Both the position numbers and the translations under genes were made by a program. From the NCBI GenBank assembly GCA_951406725.2, contig OX597827.1, positions 39,618,001-39,682,000 on the forward strand: a stretch of DNA of 64,000 nt, read 5' to 3'. Position 1 is the stretch's first letter. The number at the start of each line of letters is the position of its first letter. Origin of the DNA: Octopus vulgaris (taxonomy: Eukaryota). Below, one piece after another: positions 1 through 10,884 of the stretch. Below the pieces are notes generated by a model, which searched no databases, was not told where the DNA came from, and was given only the letters and a program-made list of their open reading frames with translations.

Positions 1-149
1 TCTGCTAATTAGTAGTAATAGTTAAATTAGTGTTAACATATTTACTGAAGATAGCATCAAAAGGTTGACTGGAGATAATTATGTGTTTAGTGAACAAAAA
101 ATATTTGTGAAATATTTTCATTCTTTTTGTTAAATACAGGAGATAACTC

Positions 150-190
150 TTACCATGTTTTGGTCTTATTTTGACCATCTTCAGTGAAAT
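150..190 (-). other. Degenerate minimal type I hammerhead-ribozyme-like motif (Penelope-like element remnant)
   Basis: Minus strand 184->157 reads CTGAAGA-T-GGTC-aaaataa-GACC-AAAAC, followed by ATG-GTA. This gives a CUGANGA core, a 4-bp stem II and GAAAC decayed to AAAAC (CpG-type change). Stem I pairing is poor. Confidence 0.35.
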
Positions 191-329
191 ATAAATTTCA
201 CTCTACTTGTTGAAATAGTTATGAAAGAATCACTAAGTAGGCATAAAAAACTATCAACGTTTAGAGAATAAATCAACTCAGTGTACTTTATTTTGTATAG
301 TTTCTACATTCTCTCCCTCTCTCTCTCAT

Positions 330-780
330 GATAGGCTGCCTACAACCTATCTATGTCTATAGACTGCCTACAACCTTGCTATGTCTACTGTCTACCTACA
401 TTCTATCTAGAACTTACTAGCACTAATAGAGTACGACCTATCTATATTATAGCATACCTATCAATCTGCCCTTCAATCCATCTATCAGTCTCTCCATACC
501 TCCCTATTTCTGTTCATCCATCAATCTGTCCATTCATCCATCCAACACTATCTGTCTGTCTCTGTGACATTCACTATCTATCTAACACTATCAATTAATT
601 CCACCTGTCTATCTAACACTCCTTGCCTCTCTCCCTCACACATACACACAGAGTCTATCTCTCTATCTAGCACAATCAGTCTATTTCTTTATCTGACACA
701 ATCAGAATGTCTTTGTATGTACAGCAGTCTATCTATCTAATCTAAACATCTACAAAGATCTCTAGCTATCTGTAGCACAG
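330..780. repeat. Degenerate (CTAT/CCAT/CTGT)n low-complexity tract
   Basis: Repeated tcta/ccat/ctgt tetramers; explains ORF 353..598. Confidence 0.7.
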
Positions 781-1479
781 TAGCTGCCAAACTGAATTCA
801 AGATGAATCATCTCACCAAAAGAGATGTTTGTCACAGCAGGAAACAATCATTACAAAACAACAAACACAGACTCTTGAACATATTCATCAAGTTGCATAT
901 TAATGGCTGCTGTTGAAGAGGAAACTATTTGGCAATGGCCACGTCAACTATGCAAATGCTTTTCTAAGATAAAAATGTTGTAACTAGATTACATTACTGC
1001 TACTGCCATTGTTGTTGTTATTATTGTTATTATTATTATCATCATTATAATTTATTTATCATTATGTTGCAGCTCAGAGTAGTTGCAAAATTAATGAGCT
1101 GTTGGATAAAATACCTTTACATAATTTAGCTGGGTTTTTGGGGGTTTTTTTTCTTAATCTTATGTTCACAGTACAAATTCTAGGGTGGTCAATGGCCAAA
1201 TTCATATTTCCAAGGTAGGAAAAAATAAGAAGTTCAAGACAAATACTTAGGTTGATTTGATTGACTATACCCTTCACCCAAAATTTATTGTCTTGCGTCA
1301 AAGTTAGAAGCTGAAATACATCATACACGATAACAGTAACCTCCAGCATCACTAGAATATCTGGCAAAATATTCAAAGGTGACTATACACTTGTTCCATA
1401 TTGTGTCCTAAGCTTATAGCTCTATAATAACTAATAAATAGATCCAATTAAGAAAACTATATGAGAGGAGCTGAAAGAG

Positions 1480-2064
1480 AGGAGCTGGTTCATTATTATC
1501 TTCTCTTCGTGGATGCAAAAAATCATCAGCTTGGGGGTCAATAAACTGAACAAGGACATTCTGGACTGGATAAATGCAAGAAGGTGTTGATTCAGGTCAG
1601 ATAAGCAAACCAAGCAGACGATTTGGAACTCCACCAAAATGGGAGATAATACAAGAGTTGGGCAATTTCAAGTTCTACAGATACTTGGGTATGGGTGAAA
1701 GTAAAATTGTGTAAAAGCTGTGTGAAGAAGAATGAAAAATGAATATTTTGATGGAAGAAAAAAAAATCTAGAAATTCATTTCAGTAACAACAATATCTGT
1801 GTCATTAACAGGAGTGCCAGCTATAACTTATAGCTCTGCAGTACTGAAGAAGAATATAACAGATCTAGATTCAGGAAATCATTAAAATGGGAGATCTATA
1901 GAAAAATACTATATGTAGCTGTGTGGTAAGAAGTTAGCTTCCCAACCACATGGTTCTGAGTTCAGTCCCACTGTATGGAACCTTGGGTAAGTGTTTTCTA
2001 GTGTTGCCTCAGGCTGACGAATGCCTTATGAGTGGATTTGGTAGGCAGAAACTGAAAGAAGCCC

Positions 2065-2133
<69 letters not shown>

Positions 2134-2870
2134 GTGTGTGTGTGTCATTGTATCCATGTTTTTCAATTCATTTGATTAAAAATTCCAGCGTGGCCACAAT
2201 CTATGACTGAAACAAGTAAAAAATAAAAAATATGGATCCCAATTACAATACACTCTTAAAAGACAATATATTGGTAGGGGACTACTGAGCATTAAGAAGC
2301 AGTTTAAGAGGGCTATCACCACTGTCGTCATTCTAACTCATAAAGAAAACCAGTTACATCCCTTCATAGATTATAATTTTACAAAATGACAAATCAATTA
2401 TATTCACAATAAAATTCTCTCAAGAAATTGAATTATTTTTTTGTACAGCTGTCTAAACCTAAAGCAACAGCACAGACAGATATACTGAAGGAATGTTAAG
2501 TCAACCATGGTGAACAACTATAAAGGTATGCCTTTACATGACCATTATTTCCACAAACTGAATTCCTTATGTATTGTGGCCTAGATGAACAAATCCACCT
2601 TGAATGGAGCAACAGAAACAACAACAATTCATTATAGAGGAGCAGGCCATCTTGATATCAATAATTCTCACAATATAAGTAACAGATGTTGCCTGTATGG
2701 TGCATTTGTTGAAACAATACACCATGCTGTATCAATTTGCTACAGTAGCTTTGGCAAAATGTACTTTAGGGCACAACGATGAAGCAAAACTGTTTAAATA
2801 TGCAGAGCTACCTTATTTCATCTTCTTTGAATCTTCACCTGTCTTAGAAAATGACAATCAAAAATACAGT
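1480..2870 (+). mobile_element. Fossil R4/Dong-type (RLE) non-LTR retrotransposon ORF: RT C-terminal part and zinc knuckle, split by a SINE
   Basis: Frameshifted translation gives, in order, YLLFVD (cf. HLLFMDD), GLDKCK, EIIQELGNFKFYRYLGMGE (cf. YKYLG), VPAITYS, then RCCLYGAFVETIHHAVSIC at 2684-2740 (cf. CRxCxxxxETIxHIxSxC), LAKCTLGHND and SPVLEND. This matches the domain order of R4/Dong elements. Confidence 0.7.
1915..2230 (+). mobile_element. SINE family B (tRNA-like head, CORE-like segment, internal microsatellite), internally deleted
   Basis: gctgtgtggtaagaag...gagttcagtcccactg...ccttgggtaagtg...(TA)n...gactgaaacaagtaaa; matches other copies in the window. Confidence 0.85.
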
Positions 2871-3564
2871 AACACCTCAATATACAAGTTAATTTGTTCC
2901 CGGAGACCACTTGTAAAGCGGAGGAATAATTTCCCATAGTAGCAATAAAATTTTATGCTGTCATTTTACTCCATCACTGTGTAGATAGAGGCATCAGAAC
3001 CAGTGTTGCCACATGTTGCGACATTGCCACGTACACAAATTGGCTGTTTAACCTTTTATGTTTATTATAAAATAAAACTCGTAAACCCTGGGTCTTGTAA
3101 AGCAGGTCCTTGTAAAGTGAAGTATTACTGTACTACAGAACTTTACCCCTCAGATTACCAGGCAGTACATAGACCCAATACCATTTTTCATATTAAAAAT
3201 GCCAATAGTGTAATGATTATCAACATAGCAGATAGAAAGTAAATATAATGGTAAGCAGAAATTAGCTGAAAACTAAGGGATTAAACTGATCTAGTAGTTA
3301 TGGAACATATCAGTCATCTCATTTGTATTTAGTATAACAAGAATAATACAAACTTACAGCTGTAAAGACATGAACTGATTAAATAAAAGTATATTCCAGA
3401 AGAGAGCAATACAAGAATCTGTAAATATTATTTTAGACCTTTCTCCACACATTATCATCTGTTGGCTTTGAGCATTTTTTATGCTTGTTGTCCAAGATTT
3501 ACTTAATCTATTTTGAAGAAAGAAAACTACCAATGCATTTGTTAAACCATGAATAATAATAATA

Positions 3565-3770
3565 ATCCTTTCTACTACAGGCACAAGGCCTGAAATTTAA
3601 GGGAGGGGGAATTCGATTACATTGACCTCAGTACTTGACTGGTACTTATTTTACCAACTCCAAAAGGATACAAAGCAAACTTCACCTCAGCAGAATTTGA
3701 GCTCAGAACACGAAGACAGATGAAATGCTGCTAAGCATGTTGTCTGGGGTGCTAATGGTTCTGCTAGCTT
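3565..3770 (-). mobile_element. SINE family A (tRNA-derived, Meta-domain-like centre, (TTA)n tail)
   Basis: Reverse complement of the unit seen at 47250-47465. Confidence 0.85.
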
Positions 3771-3784
3771 ATTAATTGATGATG

Positions 3785-4030
3785 ATGATTTCTCTTATTG
3801 ACCAGAAGGGCCCAAGACGTAGCCCAGTATCAAAGGATGAGGTACAACACACAAAATCAATCAAGGGGAGATTAAAGGATATGAGAGGCCATATTAAAAA
3901 GAAATTAGAAAATAAATAGAATCTCCAGTAGCAGGGTAGTCCACTTAGGATAATTTGGGAGTAAACCCCACACAAAAAGTCCTGGATTACCCTATCATCC
4001 CCAAGGCATAGGAAGTGCCATCTTCCTGTT
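3785..4030 (-). mobile_element. Probable LINE 3' UTR remnant
   Basis: Minus strand ends ...GGGCCCTTCTGGTCAATAAGAGAAATCATC, similar to tails at 8690-8740 (+) and 46545-46600 (-). Family not identified. Confidence 0.35.
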
Positions 4031-4512
4031 TTTACCTCCTACTTAGAAAAGTATACTCAGAGTAGATCTATTCAGCTTCACCAGTCTTGCCACTCTCATC
4101 CACCTTTAAATAAACATGCTAAATCAACTGTCGATTCAACAGATTACCTTCCCACCTCTACAAATGTATGACCTTGAACAAAAGCTAAAAATCATTATTG
4201 CAGCTATTATTAATTATGGAGATAATTATTGGGTTTCTACATGTTTCCTTATCAACAGTTTTAATTAAATGGCTAAAATAATTACTATAAAATAAAAACT
4301 TCACTATTAACATTAACATTAGCATGGTGGGTGGCAAAATTGACAATGTTGAACAAAATTAAATTACAATCCTTTGCATTCTGGTTTCAAACCCTGCCAA
4401 AGTCAACTTTACATATCAGGTAATGTTGACATCAACACTGGAAAAAGGGGTTTAATTTACAGAATATATGATCATGTGCCAAAAGTTAGAAATCCATGAC
4501 GGCAATAAAAAA

Positions 4513-4548
<36 letters not shown>

Positions 4549-4561
4549 TACTACTACAATG

Positions 4562-4850
4562 AGGGCACATGGCCTAGTGGTTAGAGTGTTGTACTCATGA
4601 TTGTGAAGTCATAGTTTCAATTACTAGACAGGGTAGTGCGTTGTGTTTTTGAGCAAAAACACTTCATCTCATGTCACTCTGCAAACACATTGACACCTGA
4701 TGCATGGTACATGGTACACCTATTCAGGTATTGTCAATTTGATGAAATGAGTGAACTAATGTGCAACATGAACATTTGATTACTATAAACAAATCATTTG
4801 TGCAGGATGTTTGGTAAAAGCTGAACACTCATACACCGTCTTTGACAGTG
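4562..4850 (+). mobile_element. SINE family C (tRNA head with A box tggcctagtgg, CORE/V-like ttgagcaaaacactt)
   Basis: Homologous heads at 7725, 38777 and 49031. Confidence 0.8.
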
Positions 4851-5228
4851 ATAATTACACCTTTTCTATACAGGCTTCATTGTTAATTGCTATGATTAAT
4901 TAGCTAAAAATTGCCTTTAAAGTAGAAGCTTTACAATTACAATTATTATTATTATCAATACTTTTTTTTTTTTTTTTGGCAGCAATTTTAAATATATTAA
5001 GACTGTTTTAAGTCAGAACATTGCGGCAATCACTACCACCACCATAACCACCAAGAAATAGAAACAGAAATAACATGGAAATATAAAAAGAAAAACAACT
5101 GAAAACTATTTCAGATATGGCAGTGGAGTGGTAGAAATGTTTTGCATTATCTGGCTATGTATCTTTAATTTCTAAGTTTAGTTCCTGGAATGGCAGACCC
5201 CATAGGAGGGTGTAAAGACTCAGAAAAC

Positions 5229-5512
5229 CAAGGCCTTTGGCATTATGTCGTGCTTGAGAAGAAGATCCATCAATCTAAGCAAGATTGCAGTCGTGATAGA
5301 TATTGGTGTCATGTAAATGGCATCCATGCTGGTGGCATGTAAAAGCACCCATTACACTCTCAGTGTTGTTGGTGTTAGGAAGGACATCCAGCTATAGAAA
5401 ACCGTGCCAAATCAAACTGGAGTCTGGCGCAGCTTTGCAGCATGCCAGCCTAGTCAAACCATCCAACTCATGCCAGCATGGACAACGGACGTTAAATGAC
5501 GATGATGATGAT
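5229..5512 (+). mobile_element. RTE-type 3' end element with (GAT)n tail
   Basis: ggtgttaggaaggacatccagc...ccaactcatgccagcatgga...gacgttaaatgacgatgatgat; related pieces at 16960-17160, 24130-24212, 39900-40000, 49862-50020 and 63735-63895. Confidence 0.75.
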
Positions 5513-5699
5513 GGTGAGCAGGCAGAATTATGCGGGCATCAGTAAAAAAATGCTTTGCAGTTTTCTGAGTCTTTACACCCTCCTATGGGGTCAATAAAAT
5601 AAAGTACCAGTGAAGTGCTGGCATTGAGGTATCGATTACCTCCTTTCCTAAATTTCAGAATTTGGGCCTATGCTAGGTTGTCTCTACAGCATCTTCAAA

Positions 5700-5910
5700 T
5701 TATGTTAAACCTAGCACACACCAACAGCAAAACCCTTCCATGGATCATCCAGTAAGCCAGAAAAAGCAGCCAAATTCCCCTCAAATTATCTCTTACCATC
5801 AAGGATGCATTACATAATGTAGTTCTGGATACATTGTCAGCAAAAACAGGATGGTCATGCCTAGAACTCTGAGTATAGGTGTGCCTGATCAAATCTGACT
5901 TGGGTTAAAG
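5700..5910 (+). repeat. Old dispersed repeat (family D)
   Basis: agaaatagcagccaaatctccctcaaatc...ggatggtcat...cataggtctg motif recurs at about 13000-13470, 13730-13920 (-), 27660-27840 (-), 29210-29390, 32470-32650 (-), 38440-38620, 56610-56740 (-) and 63680-63725. Confidence 0.6.
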
Positions 5911-6746
5911 AGCCCACTATTTAAATTGGTTTTATATGTCTTCGAGAAAAACTTGAGATGTATACATATGGGGTAGGGTAGGGTGGTGAGGTAGGCTTAC
6001 ATATGGCAAATCTTCTTCTCAGCCACGACCTCCCTTTTCTTCACTCTCAACCCATCTACCGACCCATCAACTGCGGAGCCCCTTATTTGAAAGGTGGGGA
6101 TACAGGGAACAGCAGTAAAGTAAGATATATGTGTATGTGTTAAATAACATTTAGCAACATTTATAAATAGCTCTGCCTTCCCCATCTAAGGATTATTTTG
6201 GTATTAGACTGTCAGAAAAGAAAAGGAAGCTTGACGGCCCCACCCCAAAACATACATACAAATTACAAAAAAAAAAAGGACAAGATGATGACTAAAACAC
6301 ATCTACCACCACCACCACAACTTTCTGTGCCTTAACAATTAAGAGATGAAATTGATATTTTCAAGTGGTGGTGATATGGGTGTTAGCTGGGGTGGGGCCA
6401 TAGTGAGGCAAGGTTGCTGAGATGGAGGCTATCAGGAGTGGGTGGCATGTTGTAGCTGCACAGAATAGCTGGGGTGGAATAGCTGGGGTCGGAGCAAGGT
6501 AGATAACTAGAGAAGAAAAGTAATTAGAAGAGAAGATAACTAGATTAGAGAAAACTGCTAGAGACTGAGATAAGAATTATAAAATATTAACTATAATATA
6601 TGCTCCATTTAAGTCAATCCAGCTGACAATAACAAAAATATAGACAAACACGTTTTCATATATTTTATTCACATGGCACTGTGTGTGTATGTTCTTAGTA
6701 AGTGTGCACGTGCATGTATACGTTTGTGTGTATATATATATATATA

Positions 6747-6961
6747 TAGGGTGGCCCAAAAGTAGGTTTACAGTTATCACATAGGCACTTTAAATTTCTA
6801 TCATTTCTATCTTACAAATTGAAAAGGGAGCTTGACAAAATTAACTAAACTAGCATAGAATAATGGTTTCATATTTTTTTTATAACTAAGATCTAAACTG
6901 TTAATATAGGAATACAAAATAGATAGTTGAATACCTGTAAACCTACTTTTGGGCCACCCTG
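6747..6961. mobile_element. Tc1/mariner-type MITE in a (TA)n tract
   Basis: About 26-bp TIRs (C/T)AGGGTGGCCCAAAAGTAGGTTTACAG, with TA on both sides. Confidence 0.9.
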
Positions 6962-6977
6962 TATATATATATATATA

Positions 6978-7145
6978 CAGGCACCTGTGTGGTAAGAAGC
7001 TTGCTCCCAATCATATGGTTCCTAGTTCAGTCCCACTGCATGGTACCTTGAGCAAGTGTCTTCTACTATAACCTCAGGCCAACCAAAGCCTTGTGAGTGT
7101 ATTTAGTAGACAGAAACTGAAAGAGGACTATCATATTTCTATATA

Positions 7146-7177
<32 letters not shown>

Positions 7178-7370
7178 TTGTCCCCACTTATGTTGGTCTG
7201 TTTACATCTCTATAATTTGAGTGGTTGGACAAAAGTGACCAATAGAATATGTACCAGGCCTAAAAAGGTAAAAAAAAAAAGTAGTGGAGTCAATTCCTTT
7301 GACTAAAAATTCAAGGCAGTACCCCAGCATGGCCAGAGTTTAATGACTGAATAAGTACAAGATAAAAGAT
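6978..7370 (+). mobile_element. SINE family B, near full length
   Basis: Head, internal (TG)n and 3' cagcatggcc...gactgaataagta end. Confidence 0.85.
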
Positions 7371-7724
7371 ACATACACACGCACACTGTCCATCTAGTCA
7401 TTCTGTGTCCATGACCAAAAATGGCCCAGTCCACTTAGCAGTAAATAAAAACCAAGCATCACACTATCTCCTTAAATAGTTTTCACAGAAAGCTTACCTC
7501 GATCATTCACTCAGTTGACTATTTATGGGAAAATTAAATACAACTCATTTAAAACCATTCCATGATCAGTTGATATGTATGTACATGCTGGCATGAAACT
7601 AAAATCCCTTGAGTCACTTTGTAACTTCTGATGATTAATTGATTAAAAATAATAAAAAGTATAAACGTTTTGAGTTTAATATCCTGTTTGTACTACTCGC
7701 ATGTGTGTATATGTGTGTGTGCGT

Positions 7725-7960
7725 GGTGCACAGCATAGTTGTTAGGGTGTTGCACTCATGATCATAAGATTGTGGTTTTAATTCCTGGACTAAGCGATGC
7801 ATTGAGTTCTTGAGCAAAACACTCCATTTCATGTTGTTCCACTTCACTCAACTGGCAAAAATGAGTAAACTTGCAATTGAACGACATCCCATCGAGGTGG
7901 GGCATGTATATGCTATGGAATCTAGGAAACCAGCCTTATGAGCCTCTGGTTTGAGAAGGA
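7725..7960 (+). mobile_element. SINE family C
   Basis: gttagggtgttgcactcatgatc...ttcttgagcaaaacactccatttc. Confidence 0.75.
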
Positions 7961-8070
7961 CTTGTGCTCCTTTTTTTTGTAATGTGTATATATTATTAGA
8001 TAAATTGTATAGTATACACTTGGTAGCTTATATGTATATATACATTTGTGTGTGTGTGTGTGTGTATATA

Positions 8071-8129
<59 letters not shown>

Positions 8130-10476
8130 GTGTATGAGAGAGAGAGTATTTCTATGTTTCTTGTAATTCTCAACTAAAAATTAAGGAGAGTCCAACTCAT
8201 TAATACACTTGATATGTTATATATATGGAATCTAAGTATATTCTATTAATGAAATGAAACCTTACAAATGTACAATTGTTTCAGTACATATTTGTATTTT
8301 GTTGAAAGTAAAAAAAAAAAAGCATTTGTTTAACTTTTAACATAACACAAAGATTATTGAAACAACTGTATTTTTGTAAAATGTCATTTCATCACACACA
8401 CACACACACACACACACACATGCTTGACAGAAACCATATGCTGTTACTGAAGTTATATGTTTACATAACTGAAGTAACAGCACATTAATGTAGCATGATG
8501 TACAGCAATGAAATATTCTTTTATCCAAGACAGCAACAAGTCCTCATTATCCCAATGACTAAGACAAACCAGCAAAGACTGTTATAAAATCTGGCCTTCT
8601 TCTTCATCTCCAAACCTACATCTCAAACAGTGTAACTGTTAAATACACACATACAGATATCTGTTCAAAGAAAGGCTCCTGGCTGAAGTCCTTGTTTGTC
8701 GCCTCTATGTTTAGGCCCTTGTGGGCAAGAAAGAAATAACGTAATGAAGTCACTCATCCTCATACTCAAACCTGTGGTCCACAGACATACTGTATTTTCT
8801 CTTCGCCTTATCTTCTGACAGAAAAATGGTTTCTACTTCTCAGAGCTTGCTGGTCACATGCAAACCCTATTCAAGTGCTCTCAGTTCACTGTCATTCATA
8901 TTGTGCCCCTCCCCACCACCAATTCCCCAGTCTAAGCGCTAATCACCGCACTATAATGTTAGTCCTCTTGAATTTCCTTCCTGCACATGTTTTTCACAGT
9001 TTTTGACATTAGCCATGTTGATTTTTACCGGTTTGTGAAAAGACATGGACACAACCCCTTCCTCCGTATCAATAAAACATGTTTTGTGTGTGTGTGTGTG
9101 TACATGCACATGTATATAAATGAATATATTGAATCAGTATATAGGTTTGCATATGTATGCATACATGTGCATGTATATAACTAAAGATAAGTAATGTAGA
9201 TTAAACTACACATTACGATTTTCCGGCATTCAATGAGTGAAGGCTTTGTGATATTGAAAATATAGAATCAATATTCAATAATGTAGAGGTGAGGGAGAAG
9301 AGAGATAAGAAGAGGTCTGCTGGGTAGACATGTAGAGTCTGATTAAAACCTGACTCACACACTCATTTTATACATACACATGTGTATATGTGTGTGTGTG
9401 TGTGTGTGTAGGTAAGTAGGTAGAGAGATAGATTGATAGATAGATACACAGACGTGTGTGTGTGTGTATGCACACAAAACATACAAATAATTATTTTTGA
9501 CATGAATAAATTTTCTTTTTGCACCATACATCTTTTTCTCTCTCTCTTTCCACACAAACATGTGCACGTATACACACAGACACTCACACACATATAAAAT
9601 ACTCATTCACACACACATGCACACATATGTAGAGAGATGCAGCAACAACAACAACAATAACAACAACAATAATGGCATTGATAAAGTGTAGTGGGGTGAA
9701 GCATTTGTTGAATTGATGCAAGAGATCAGGAATTGCTGATCAATATTGCAAGGAACAAGAATTCCAGCAAGAATGCATGCTGCTCTAACTGCTGACTACA
9801 ATGAAGCTAGCAGCATGCCTCATCTTGGCAGGACCACATTATTAAAGGCACTGCCAAAATATACTAAGCTTACATTCTGACACATGCAAGGGCTTAGGAA
9901 GATTTCGGTTCTTTTCCATTTGGGGGCACACATACACATGTCAGCATATTTTGCATTATATGTGTGTGTGCATTTTCCCGAATTTGAGTGTGGATGTTTT
10001 AGTCTGAATGTGTGAGTGTGTATCTGTGTGTGCAGGCATGCACATCTGTGTAAGAATGATGAATCTAACAAGAAAGTATGGTAAATTCAATATGCATATT
10101 TTATTCCTCTAACAATCATATTTAATGTAAGTCAGATCCCATTTACTTATCCATCAACAATAAATTACTTTATTTTCGTAATAAAATTTACTTCATATTT
10201 ACAATTATTTTATGTTTTTCTTTCTCATATCTAAAACAAAAGAATTATTTTTTGATTTTCATTTTTATATTTTAAGGACTTTTTTAAAACCACTTTTCTT
10301 TTCAAGTTCCATTTAAGTCTATATTTTATGTTATTTTCATTTACTTCACTCTTTAAAAAAAAAAAAATGGTATTTTCTGGAAATTAATTTAAGCTAAGCA
10401 CATTGCCTTTTTGAATGTCTGTCTTTCAGCTTGTAAATTATTATAGTAGACAACCAAATAAAATACCCATCTATAT

Positions 10477-10720
10477 CAGTGTTTCTCGACCATCTTTTAC
10501 CTATGGACCCCTCTGATTCCTATTCTAATTGAATATACCCCGACAGCCATTTTGATGTTTAAAAAAAATCATAATATATTTTTATTATTAAATATTATTA
10601 GGGATTGTATTTAAAAAAATTGTAAAAATATTGTTTGAATGGTAGAAGTATAACCAAATTTACTGCAGATAAATTTTAACAACAAAATCTTATGTGGACC
10701 CCCTAGGTTGAGAACCACTG
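10477..10720. mobile_element. hAT (Charlie-like) MITE with 8-bp TSD
   Basis: TIRs CAGTGTTTCTCGACC / GGTTGAGAACCACTG; identical flanks ATCTATAT at 10469-10476 and 10721-10728. Confidence 0.92.
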
Positions 10721-10844
10721 ATCTATATATTCATCTGTCTATCCAGCCATAAATCTACCTTCCCATTGATTTAACTATAAATCAACCTTTCTACCTTGCT
10801 AAACATCTTTGCTGAAATTCAATACAAGCTGAATATTGAAGACC

Positions 10845-10884
<40 letters not shown>

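Noticed and set aside
3358-3374. 17-nt minus-strand microexon (TTCATGTCTTTACAGCT|GTAAGT)
   Set aside because: Ambiguous acceptors, not a multiple of 3 and no supporting context; cannot be fully excluded.
4562-4640. tRNA gene (A/B-box-like sequence; also other SINE heads)
   Set aside because: No complete cloverleaf, and it continues into a SINE body present in several copies.
7498-7518. 21-nt minus-strand exon-like segment before GTAAGC
   Set aside because: Stop codons in all three frames and a weak acceptor.
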